A DNA stretch of 44,571 nucleotides, filler included, from Catajapyx aquilonaris (GCA_000934665.2; 2 parts of 2 records of this genome joined end to end with filler, not necessarily neighbours in it), one strand, 5' to 3'; counted from the first letter of the whole stretch, positions 26,154 through 37,079 are shown. Numbers and translations: made by a program. The notes: a model not told the origin generated them from the letters alone.

Positions 26154-27039
26154 CTTTTCGACAGTGTGTGCCAAAGTGCGTCCTGAAAGATTTGGGAACG
26201 GTGAGATATTTTAAATGCCAGGTTGATTATTATCATTTACGTAATGGAAAGTTAATTTTGATGATTTAAATTTTTTTAGTTGGATCAACATGACTGGCCT
26301 AAGGCAAGAAAAGTTGCGGACAATTTTTTCCCTGAAGCGGTCCATCCCAGATTCCACGAGAACCTTCGTCGATCTTTCAAACACTGCACACCTTCTGGTC
26401 AGCTGTTCATTCAAATTATCCAATTTTTAATTAGAGCGACTAATTTCACATTAAGCTGCTGATTACTCAGGGAGAGTCAATGGGATTTAAAATATTCGGT
26501 CTAATTGGCTGTGAATTAAAATTAATTTTTAGATTATGCTAATGGCCCATTGACTAATGAAATTAGCCTGACAAATAAGCAGCTTAGTGTCCTTAAATAC
26601 ATTACCGCCATTTAAGTTTAAACACACTCTATCGGCTGTATGGGTAGCTATAAAATTTTACTCAACTTGAAACATTTTGCAGAACATGTCCGGTCCAACA
26701 TGGTGGCCGACTGTGAAACTATCCAAACAATCTACAACTGTGCATGGGAAGAATTCGTCAAGGTAAGAAAAGTCTATCGTGGAGTTGCCTACTGTATACA
26801 TTCCGAGCTACATTCATACAAACCTTTATTTAATAATGCTCTACTTTCAAAAAATTGACATAGAGACGAGTATGATTATCGCATATTTACACATGTTAAG
26901 CATATTTTATACTAGTAAAATATGCGATAGACATACTCGTCTCTGTGTCAGCGTATAGGGTATAGATAATTATTAAATTAAATTGTAGTTTAAAATGACA
27001 TTGTGTCTAATACGAATGATTATTTTCCAGGCATGCTAA
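25844..27039 (+). CDS. OBP-like gene D, secreted 8-Cys protein, 128 aa, 6 exons; closest paralog of C
   Basis: Exons 25844-25903, 25963-26046, 26165-26200, 26280-26397, 26683-26762, 27031-27039. Protein: MRLLLLFVLAVVGFSLPTAQAKICNYIDYVNQRTKDTNAFCMSQNSHQCVPKCVLKDLGTLDQHDWPKARKVADNFFPEAVHPRFHENLRRSFKHCTPSEHVRSNMVADCETIQTIYNCAWEEFVKAC. TATAAA at 25766. Confidence 0.9.
26048..26153 (+). repeat. Compound microsatellite (TAC)n(TAA)n in gene D intron 2
   Basis: Directly visible; it fills most of the 118-nt intron 26047-26164. Confidence 0.97.
26856..26950. repeat. Inverted repeat/hairpin in gene D intron 5
   Basis: The left arm TGACATAGAGACGAGTATGATTATCGCATATTTAC pairs with the right arm GTAAAATATGCGATAGACATACTCGTCTCTGTGTCA (about 35-bp stem, about 24-nt loop). 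Confidence 0.9.
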
Positions 27040-27753
27040 ACGATCGGACGTGGAAGAGAGCACAATTTTTTTAAATAATAAAAAAACAGCTTCTCAATAT
27101 CAACATTCTGGAATTGGAGTCAGAAAAATTTCATCCAACGTTTCAAATAGGAAATAATAATAGTAATTAAATCTCTCCAGAAATGGCTATGTAATGTCCC
27201 GTCGCAATAAAAGCAGACAAAGTTATGCAACCTCACCACATAATCATACATTCGCAAATTATGCTTGACAATGCGTGGGATGATGCTGACTAACACATTC
27301 TATGAATATGATAAAAATGCGTGTCAGCATCCGGTTTACGCATTCCCGCAGTCTAATTTACAGGAAATCATCTCAAGCACCTGCGACGTAAGTACCTTAG
27401 TGTTTCACTATATGAGATTGTATGTTTATGCTCGATATTTATAAAAATAATGCGCACTCAACTTCTTGTAAACACATACGATATATGATCTCGGTGCAAT
27501 TAAGGTTTGGCCCGGTGCCACGCACTGCACTTGGGTCATGTAATAATTCTCGGTACTAAATGGCGTAGAAATGCGGAACCGTAATCTGCAGTGACGCCGG
27601 AGTTACATACTGTATATGGAGAGGGCCATAAATCGCATCAAGTTGCGTCGTCAGAATATATATATACGCACCGACGCTCTTTAAATACACTACGTACTCT
27701 ACTCACTCGCTTACTTCACTTTACACCAGTGTTACGAGCAGGTCAGCATCATC

Positions 27754-29428
27754 ATGTACTTCTTCCTCTTGGCTCTTCTGCTCGGATTGTCCTGCTGCCA
27801 ACATGGAACTGCCCAAGGATATGTGAGTTGTCTGGAACAATATTGTTGGGGAGGGTCATTGTTGAGCTGACTTATAATAAGATATTAATATTTTTTAGAG
27901 CAATGGAAACGGGGACTGCCAGCATCTGAACAAGTTGCCTCATTACGTGCAGATGACGCAGTGGGATTGCCTGGCTCAAGACCCTGAAGTAAGTGCATTG
28001 ATTTTTGGTCAAGTACGTAGCACTTAGATTAAGTGAAGTATAGCAGTACGGAGGGCTACAAGTTAAGTGTTTGTAGTAGTTATAGCGATTAATTTCAGCT
28101 GCTATCAAAAATATTATGTGCTAATTTTGAGCCGTAATTGGCTACTTCAAAAGAAAATAATTGTTAGGGTGAACTATTCGTTTTTACAAATTTTTAAATA
28201 TCAGTAGTTAATATTGAAAACATTCACTACAATTATTAAGCATATTAATCATATCGGATTAAAATTTAATTCTCCAAGAATATACAGCAGCAATATTATT
28301 TCATAATTCTCGAAATAAAATTAAATTAAAGGGCGATTCTTGCAAACTGATTTATCTAATAATCTATAGAGCTATTTAGAGCTAATGGCTATTTTTAAAG
28401 CCTTTGATTAAAACAAAGTATCAAAATATATAATATTATCCAAAACATTCGCTACACAATGTAATCATAATCTTATCGGATTAAAATTGAATTCTCGATG
28501 AATATGTACTTATACAAAGTATACAGTAATGATTTTTTTTACTAAAAATGTTTCAATTAAAGGGCGATTCTTGCAAACTGATGCGGTCCTTTCACTAATT
28601 AATCTACAGCTATTTAGAGCTAATTGTCATTTTAAAGCTTCTGATTCAGATGACGTTGCTGCTTGTGAATTATTTCAACTTCTGAATAATTACGATGTGA
28701 GGTTAACCTTCAGTGTGCCATAATATTGTTTGGGAAGTCTACTGAATCATCCTTATGGACGAAACAACATACTGTGCACATGAATAACAAACCATTCACA
28801 TGCTTGTGACGTAACTCTTCGTTACGAAACTGTTCAGATCCTAATTAAATCTGACAAGTCAGAAAATAAACTGTCACCTTTTGTACCCCCAACAATTCTC
28901 GACAAGTAAAATGCCAGACAATTACTTTACATGCTTTCTGTTGTACTTCCAGTGTCATGACAAGTGTGTGTTCAAGAGACTTGGCGTGGTGAGTTATATT
29001 TTTAGATCAGCAAGTGCATCATAAATGCTAATAATTTTCGCCACATTTTGCACTAGATGGATGAAACCGAATGGCCCAAACCATGGGAAATTGCGAAGGA
29101 ATTTGCAGGAGGAAATGTCAACATGCGTCTGTTCAACTCGGCTTGGAGGGCTTTTGCTCACTGCAGTCCTTCCGGTAAATTCATTCAGAAATTTAATTTA
29201 AAAAAATTATGATTAAAAAAAACGAGCTAATTGAATTTTTCTGCAGATGATGCTCGAAGAGGCAGAAGGAGCACATGTCAAGATATTCTGACTTTGGTTC
29301 TGTGCGCTTGGCAGCAAATGTACCAGGTATGACCCTTTCTTTATTAACTGCGTATACTTTGGGCAATGCAATCAACATGTACTAATTACTCGCCTTAATT
29401 TTTGCAGGATTGCGGAGCAGCAAAATAG
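27754..29428 (+). CDS. OBP-like gene E, secreted 8-Cys protein, 137 aa, 6 exons
   Basis: Exons 27754-27822, 27899-27988, 28953-28988, 29057-29174, 29247-29326, 29408-29428. Protein: MYFFLLALLLGLSCCQHGTAQGYSNGNGDCQHLNKLPHYVQMTQWDCLAQDPECHDKCVFKRLGVMDETEWPKPWEIAKEFAGGNVNMRLFNSAWRAFAHCSPSDDARRGRRSTCQDILTLVLCAWQQMYQDCGAAK. Confidence 0.88.
28218..28647 (+). repeat. Tandem duplication of about 200 bp in gene E intron 2
   Basis: ATCGGATTAAAATT, AATTAAAGGGCGATTCTTGCAAACTGAT and AGCTATTTAGAGCTAAT each occur twice in order (about 28218-28410 and 28443-28647). Confidence 0.8.
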
Positions 29429-30770
29429 GCATGTTGGAGGGCAACACAAGACTTAAGACTGCATTTACTGAGCTGTTTACTATAATCGCAACATAATGGC
29501 AATAATTTTAATACTCATTTTTAATATACATGCGATTCTGCCAAGCAATGATTTATGCTTGATAATGTTTAAAAAATGTGCTTATTACGTGGGTATTCCC
29601 CAGGGCAATATGCTGACATAACAGTGCAAGTAACACTATTAAAGTTGTTCACTCCCAGGGGAAGTCGGCGCATGTACATAAATTGTCCACTTCAAGGCTG
29701 CCAAGTACTCGTATAATAATAATTATAAATAACCTCGCACTGTAAGTTTCACCAATAAAAATTCATTGCATGTCATTAGACCGCATATTGAGTTTTTGTT
29801 TGAGAATGAAAACGATTTTGTTTCAGGAGTTCAATTTGGATGTGTTTGGGAAATTCGACTTGCCTTTCTGATTGTTGCATGATGTTGTCTACATGAAAAA
29901 TTAATGTTGTGACACTTCCACGGGAAGAAACTTTCCGAATTTTCCCAGAAATTTATTTTCCAAGACTTAAAACAGGTTTAAAGGACTGTAGAGGAGAATA
30001 ATTATCAATTTACATTTAATTATTATTCGCATGCTGTACAGTGTACTGCAGCTGCAGTTTACTCATGGAAGTAAAAAAGAGTATGAAATTAGCCATTCAA
30101 ATTCATTTTTTTTGATCTCAAAGATTTCTGTCACATGGTGTCGTAAGAGTGTGACGTGTCACTGTGTATAAAACAAGTCCAAGATCACAGGAATGTCGCG
30201 CGTGCAAATAAAATGTGTCCTCAGCCATATCCGTTTCAAATTTGTGTGTTTAAAATCAATTCGCGTCGCGTCGTCTGTCGCCTGATCTCTTTTTTTTCGC
30301 GAAATGACGAGAGTTTTTTTTTTTTAAAAAAAGAGAGACGTTGCGAAATGATTGGGTTACGCCCTTGGCCCATTGAATTAAGTAGCGACCTTGGCATTGC
30401 GTAATTTTTGAAGATGAACCAGCACACTCCCCCAGCCATAAATTTAGACAGCAATAAACCCATTCCTTCATCTTCATCTTTTTTTTTAAAAGTCACTTCC
30501 GCGCCAGAAGGATATGGGACCCAAGAATGGCGTGTTTGTTCCCGGTGTGTGTATATGCCAGCTTCTTCATCTCATGACACATACACGTACACATTGCGCT
30601 TGTTACCCCCTAAACGAGACGCTCATTAACTTTTTATGGGGGTTGAAATTGCGACGTTACTGCTTCTTACTGGCTCAGGACAGGAAATCAACATAATTAC
30701 GTGACACATCAACAATGTCCAGAAATTGATTATATAATCTTAATGGCATAAAAATATTTTTACAAAGTCA

Positions 30771-31228
30771 TGCTTGAAGTTCAAAAAAACATGACACAAA
30801 TTTTTGCAAGTCTAACCCAACCTAACCTACATCACAGGCGATTAAACTATTTATTCTGCAATTAGTGTATATACCTTTCATATTTTCTCATTCGTAATCT
30901 AATGTAGCGTACTATTGTCTGTCAGAAAATATTTAAAATTCAATCCTAATATTCTTCCCATAACAACGGCCAAAAATGATATTACCAATTATTTACAAAA
31001 TGCTGCAAATATTTGTTACAAATAATTACTGCTTGAAGTTCAAAAAAAACATGACATTTTGCAAGTCTATAATCTAATAAGATTTCCATCACAGTTGATT
31101 ACTCTCTAATTCTTCTGCAATTAGTGTCTACCTTTCATATTTCTAATTCGTAGTCTAATGTACTATTGTCTGTCCGAAAAATTTTAAAATTAAATCCTAA
31201 AGTTCTTCCCCATAAAACGGTCAAAAAA
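30771..31228 (+). repeat. Direct duplication of about 200 bp upstream of gene F
   Basis: 30771-30976 and 31030-31228 share TGCTTGAAGTTCAAAAAAACATGACA, CTGCAATTAGTGT, TACTATTGTCTGTC and AATCCTAA-TTCTTCCC. Confidence 0.85.
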
Positions 31229-31407
31229 ACAATGAATGAAATTTCCAGGAAAAGAATATGCAAAAAAATGGCGAGAAATTAACCCCCGTGTAGTTTTTTG
31301 CACTGACACGAATGTGGCGAGTGTCTCTTCCCACAACCTTGAGAGAATTGTATGCACAAAAAAAAGGTGTAAATTTTAATCCAAGAGACGATGCGGAACA
31401 GCATCCG

Positions 31408-31414
31408 TATAAAA
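31408..31414 (+). promoter_or_regulatory. TATA box of gene F
   Basis: TATAAAA lies 59 nt upstream of the ATG at 31467. Confidence 0.6.
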
Positions 31415-31466
31415 GCAAGGAACGAGGTGGAAAAGGAAGAAAAGGTGTGAAAGGACAGCTCCAAAG

Positions 31467-32488
31467 ATGATCAAGGCCTTCCTCATCGCTCTTTGCTTCC
31501 TGCAAGTCGTCCTGGTAAATCAAATTTAATTGTCTTACATTGGTTTTTTTGTACAAACAAATAGGGTAAAAACATTCTTCTCTCAAAACTGGGTACTCAT
31601 TGTACTGTACATATAATAATTATTTTTAACTGTGATTTTTTCCCCTTTCAAATAAGGCTGATGATGATCACAAGTGCTGGGATGAATCTAAAGTTCCGGA
31701 TGATTGGAAGGCAATAGATCAGAAATGCGGAACTGATAACGATAACGCCGACGAAGTTACTGCGGTAAATTATTTTTAAATAGGTTATTAAATTCGCACA
31801 ATAATTTGAATATTTTTTGCCGACTCAACGCAACGGGCTAAACCGCACATAATAAATAATAAAAATCTCACTTTCTTCTTCAGTATGTCAACCCCTTCAC
31901 AAATTGCCTCATGATGTGTGTTAAAATATTTTACTGAAACTGGCAGTTAAATTATTATTATGCAGTTTATAATATCATGTTAAAATACACAGCGGGACAG
32001 GGTTAAAAGGGGTGATAATAATAATGATAATAACAAACATTTCGGTTTTCAGTGCCAGTTCAAGTGCTACCTGGAGAATCATAAGCTGGTAAGTTACTAA
32101 CAGTCAAACTCGAGTTTGACTGCAATTTTAATAATAATTAATATTTGAAACACTTTCAGGTGGATGATTCAGGTCATCCCTTACTGGAAAGATTCATTGA
32201 AACGATGAAATTGGCTGCATATGATCAGTACAGGGATCAATTAAACGCAGCAACTAAGACTTGCTTGGACCAAGAAGGTCAGTAAAATTAACCAGGATGG
32301 TCACTAACGGCGATTAAAACATGCTCGGTTTAATTGCAGGAGAGAATGTGGATCCTGAAGGTGATGATTGTGCTGGTTACCAGGCTCTTCTGGACTGCCT
32401 GAGAACCAAGTTTCATGAGGTAAGAAGTTCATGTAATATTTGAGAAGTACATTATGTAATTTCATGTTTTTTTTTGCAGTTTTGCTAA
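31467..32488 (+). CDS. OBP-like gene F, acidic secreted 8-Cys protein, 132 aa, 6 exons
   Basis: Exons 31467-31514, 31657-31764, 32053-32088, 32160-32277, 32340-32419, 32480-32488. Protein: MIKAFLIALCFLQVVLADDDHKCWDESKVPDDWKAIDQKCGTDNDNADEVTACQFKCYLENHKLVDDSGHPLLERFIETMKLAAYDQYRDQLNAATKTCLDQEGENVDPEGDDCAGYQALLDCLRTKFHEFC. TATAAAA at 31408. Confidence 0.9.
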
Positions 32489-33148
32489 CTTGTCTTTTTT
32501 TTCGGCAACGGACAAGTAGAAGATCGGATGCCAGTAATGAAACATACCCTGTAATACTGTATCATCGCAAATAAATAATTTGCAAGTTATTCCTTATAAG
32601 TATTATTATAATGTGACTCTAACAATGTTTTTTTCCGTCTAATTTATGTAGTCTGCAGTTTTCAAACCTAATGGTTACTTTAACCATATAAAATTGCTAT
32701 TTTTCGTTAAATGGCTTCTAATTGTGGGTCCAAAAATAGTGAAAAAATTCAGACTTGTTACATACTTGTACATTGAAGGCATCTTCGGCTGCCACCCACA
32801 AATTTTTTATTACAATAAAATTTTTAAACAAGAAACAAACTATATGCTGGACGTATTAATACTTTCATTTTTGGAGTACATTTTTTATACTTTTTATGAG
32901 CATATTTCGACATTTTGGGCGTGAGTAGCAGCCACATTCATCTATACGTAATAAAAGTGATTTCATATTTTTAAATTACTTTAAAGGAGCTAACTGCGCA
33001 TAATTTGTGCAAGTATTTGTGTTGCAGCACCCTGCATATGTACCCTAAATCAGTTTACAGCCTGTTTCCGTGACGAACAACTGGCTACGGTAATTATTCA
33101 GCCGTGAAATCGGACTGAAGGACCTTCCTGTCCTGTAAAATTGAGTCT

Positions 33149-33156
33149 TATATAAA
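33149..33156 (+). promoter_or_regulatory. TATA box of gene G
   Basis: TATATAAA lies 39 nt upstream of the ATG at 33188. Confidence 0.55.
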
Positions 33157-33187
33157 GAGAGTTTTACAGGTTTTGTTGTCTGCAATC

Positions 33188-33868
33188 ATGGCTATGCGTC
33201 TCATCGGATTGTTGTTTGCTGTGGTCGCAGGCGTGCCTTTGGAAGGTCCAGGCGGCTGTCCGGATTCGATGCCTTGGATCCCTGACATTGCGCATCCGGA
33301 CTGTCCAGTCTCGGAAGAGGTAACTTGCAAACATTATTAAACCGGACATATTAACGAACATCCAAAATATTTCTAGTGCCAGCAACGTTGCCTATTGGAA
33401 CGAAAAGGACTGGCAAGTACCTCACACCAGACCATGTACAGTGTAATGTAATGAATATTGCTCTGTACCTTATCGTACCAGCTGTACTATGATGGGTTCG
33501 TGGACATCGGACGAATCTACGAGCTGATCCACGACGTCCATGTGCCCTTCAGGCTTCAGGAAATGGTCGAGTCTATGGCAGACACCTGCTTCCACATGCA
33601 CGGTAAGACTGGAAAAAAAGAGTGATTGGAAAATGAGGCCTGTCAGGTTTGACTACTGTACAAATGATATTAATGTTCGTTGAAAGGTGAGGAGGCAGGT
33701 GAATGGGGTTATATGGAAGAGCGCCAGATGAACAGGTGTGAACCTTACGAGAGATTCGCCGATTGTCTACGTACCAACAGCAAATTGGTAAGTCAACACG
33801 TCACGCTTTTTTGCATCTTCTGTAGTGTTCACATTATTATTTTTTCTCTCCAGGTGTGTCCAAAGTGA
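33188..33868 (+). CDS. OBP-like gene G, secreted 8-Cys protein, about 134 aa, 5 exons, one GC-AG intron
   Basis: Exons 33188-33319, 33377-33412 (donor CTG|GCAAGT), 33482-33602, 33687-33787 (an alternative in-frame acceptor lies 12 nt downstream), 33854-33868. Protein: MAMRLIGLLFAVVAGVPLEGPGGCPDSMPWIPDIAHPDCPVSEECQQRCLLERKGLLYYDGFVDIGRIYELIHDVHVPFRLQEMVESMADTCFHMHGEEAGEWGYMEERQMNRCEPYERFADCLRTNSKLVCPK. TATATAAA at 33149. Confidence 0.83.
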
Positions 33869-34583
33869 GCATCATTTCATCGCCAGCCATGAATATAGTC
33901 AATGTCTGCAATAAATTTCGTTACAAGTTGTGCCCAGTCATTTTTGTGAATTATCCAGCCCCATGTGTGATGTGTAATCTACACATGTACAGTTGTACAC
34001 GCTCTGAATATTCTCCAAATGGAAATTAGTATTTTTAGGCGAATTAGGATAGACAAATAAAGCTGGTAATTATTTCAAGTAAATCGATTGCCTTTCCGTT
34101 TACTGACTTATTCCGAACATAAAGTTCATGTCTCCTACAGTATACATTACACCGAAAGTGAAACGAAAGCCACCTGGGGTCAGTACATTACTTTCACACG
34201 ACATTGTTAACAATAACGCGGAAACCTGATGTGTTATAATTCCTTCTATTTTTTTTGTGACGGGTCAAACCAACACGTAATTTTAATGCGTCCATCACGC
34301 AAGAGAGCGCAACATCACACGGCCATGCTCTTCCTGTGCGCTTTATTCAGCGGTCTTCTTGATGGACATTGTCGCCTGCCTATTGTTGCCAAGTGTCACG
34401 AGTTTAGCGGCCAACTGCCAGCTTCCGCCTTCCGTATTTGCCACATAACACCGGAGATGCACGTATCCTGATTGCAATATTTTTTTTTTAAAAAAAATAA
34501 TGAGAGCCAATAAACACCTCCTATATTAAGCCGCGCTCGATGCCAATAATTCTCACAAACTTTTAAAAAATCCGAGCTTGAAG

Positions 34584-35287
34584 ATGAAGCTTGTCGTTTG
34601 TATGTGTTTGCTGATATTAGGTGCAGATGCCGACACCTTCGAAAATGTAAGTTAAATTATGCAAATTATAATTATTTTGAAGTTTAAATCCGTTCACTCT
34701 ACTGCAATCCTGACTTCAAGCTGTTGTTAATTAATTAATTGATGTGTTGCAGTTTGAAGGATCTGGTACTTCACCCGGCCGTAATTGCGATCGAGAGTCG
34801 ATTCCTGAGGTAAGTACTGTACACAAAAGTACTTTAGCTCTGTACGTAAAATAGATAAGAAGCACTCATTTATCTTGGGTGATTTCAGTGCGCATTCCGA
34901 TGCAGCTTGATGGATACGAAACTGGTAAAAAGTTCAAGGTGAGATCAAATTGAGCCCGTGACATTTTTGTTTGTCAATCTTTCAGCTGAACTCAGAAGGG
35001 AAAGTAGACCAGACTCAAGTGGACACACAAATTCGACAGATGATGGAGGATAACAAGGCTTCTCACAAGAGAGATCTCCAGGCACTCAAAGCCTTGAAGC
35101 AATGCTCGCAAATGAAAGGTCAGAAATTATTGCTTTATAATAGTTAAAAAGTATTTTCTGCGTGTCAAAGTTCAAGCTACTGAACTATTGTGCTTTTTAA
35201 TTCACAGAAACAGTAGTAGACCCAACCCTGTCTGATTGTCAAGGATACACTCCTCTCTACAACTGTTTCATTCAACGCATGAACTAA
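34584..35287 (+). CDS. OBP-like gene H, secreted 6-Cys protein, 122 aa, 5 exons
   Basis: Exons 34584-34646, 34753-34809, 34889-34924, 34986-35118, 35208-35287. Protein: MKLVVCMCLLILGADADTFENFEGSGTSPGRNCDRESIPECAFRCSLMDTKLLNSEGKVDQTQVDTQIRQMMGDNKASHKRDLQALKALKQCSQMKETVVDPTLSDCQGYTPLYNCFIQRMN. AATAAA follows near 35330. Confidence 0.87.
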
Positions 35288-35804
35288 TACGCCCTGAAAA
35301 TTTGTTAATTAGTCTAATCGCACTTTAGAAATAAAAATTGGTCAGCCATTAACCAGGTGTCACCCAACTTCCCAACAGAATACTCTGCATTTTTCAGTGA
35401 GTTTAAACAACATGTTCCGTCAAAACGAAAGTATTTTTTTGCGCAATATAGGTCATGGTGCATTTTTGTTGTATCTTCAAATTGTTATCCTTACTCCCAT
35501 TTTTGGGGTTAAGTAATTACCCTTCCAGCCTTGCCAAAAATGCGGCTAATTATATAAAGTTACCGAAGAAGCATCACACCTTAATTGTCATGAAATAATA
35601 AGTCACGCAAATTTTGCCCCCAATATAAAATTTAGAGGCTGCAACATCCGGAGGTGTGTTTGCAGGGGGTGGCCATTGCCCAAAAAAAACCACCCACTTC
35701 CATATCACGCCCTACATATTATACACACACAAATACTGAGTGTCTGTATATATATTGGGATGCGACTCATCCTCATTGCCTCAGTAATTGTTGAAGTACA
35801 GACC

Positions 35805-37079
35805 ATGATGCTGGTGCTCGGGATTCTGTTGTGTTCAGTCTGTGTCTCTGCTGGACCAGGACAACAATGCATGGATAACATGAGGAGCAGGAGTGAGGTA
35901 TATGTTGCATTACACTCATTACCTTTTTTATCAATTAAATGAAGTAAGGTCGCTTTATCATTCAGATCATTGTTCAAAAAAAAAGTCTACTCACCCTAAA
36001 GGTAATGAGCTTAAATATTAGCGAAGAACAGTGCCAGTTTTACATCAAATTAACGGCTCAATAACCAACTTTGAAAATCCCGAGTATTACCCATCGAGTG
36101 TTCATGTCAAAGTTGCATGACCCCTGTTCGCTCATTGCGCAATGACAAAGCTGTTGAGTAACTCTAGCTGCTTCCTCCCACTATTCATGACCCATTGTCG
36201 CACTTATGGTGTAATCGTTCCGGTTTTGTGTCGTACTTGATACAATTAGGGCAGATCGAGTACAATCCTCGAATTGAGATAACAGTATTTTTTTGTCAAT
36301 AATTTTCTGGCTTTATTTCCAGTGCCTCTCTCGATGTTTGCTGGACAAATTGGGACTGGTGAGTACTACTTACTCTCGGAGTAACCTTTTTATCGCAAAG
36401 AGAAAAAAATTAATTGCACTTTCGCGTCGGTTCAATGTTATTGCTTCTGATTATTAACAGCGATGTTTTTTTTCAAGCTGGATGAAAAAGGCCGACTTGT
36501 GCAATCGATTCTGAGGCAGGAGTTTCCTAATTATTGGGAACCGCCAACTACAACCGGGGCACCTTCTGACACCGTGTCGCTGTCAGAGGTCGTGACCTGC
36601 CTCAAAGAAGAAGGTGACCAAAGGGAAAGTGATACTGAGCCCACATTAAATCAAAATGAATATTTTGCTACATTTTATGAAGCATGTTCGTTCTGACGGT
36701 TTTGCAAGCAGCAGAAATATTAAATCCTGATATTATTGTAATATTAAGATAATTATGCCTACCACTTTGATCTGTAATCAAGTGATTCGCATGTGCGTCT
36801 TTGGGTTGGCAATGTTAATGTTGCTTCCTGCCTTTCAAAATTTTACTATAGCTTCAACTGTCTGTTACAGCCAAAGTGGTTCAGACGGAGAAGCTGACGT
36901 GCAAGGACTACGACAACCTGATGTACTGCACCATACTGCATCCCAAGGAACAATATTACGACGAATACGACACAATCGAAAGCGGCGATCCACAACCTGG
37001 TGTCCATCTCGCAGGAAGTGTATCAGCTCAAAACAACAAACATATTTTTCTTCCGCCTCTGATACTACGACGGCATTAG
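35805..37079 (+). CDS. OBP-like gene I, secreted 6-Cys protein with a 49-aa C-terminal tail, about 157 aa (169 aa if candidate exon 35966-36001 is used)
   Basis: Exons 35805-35897 (MMLVLGILLCSVCVSAGPGQQCMDNMRSRSE), 36323-36358 (CLSRCLLDKLGL), 36478-36613 (LDEKGRLVQSILRQEFPNYWEPPTTTGAPSDTVSLSEVVTCLKEE) and 36871-37079 (AKVVQTEKLTCKDYDNLMYCTILHPKEQYYDEYDTIESGDPQPGVHLAGSVSAQNNKHIFLPPLILRRH*). TATA-like run near 35748; AATAAA immediately after the stop. Confidence 0.8.

Noticed and set aside
25834..26236. Poly-L/I/Y/T/N/V ORFs (also 37962-38227, 39992-40339, 41995-42269, 24319-24525)
   Set aside because: These are read-through of intronic triplet microsatellites. Only the exon portions listed in the gene models are coding.
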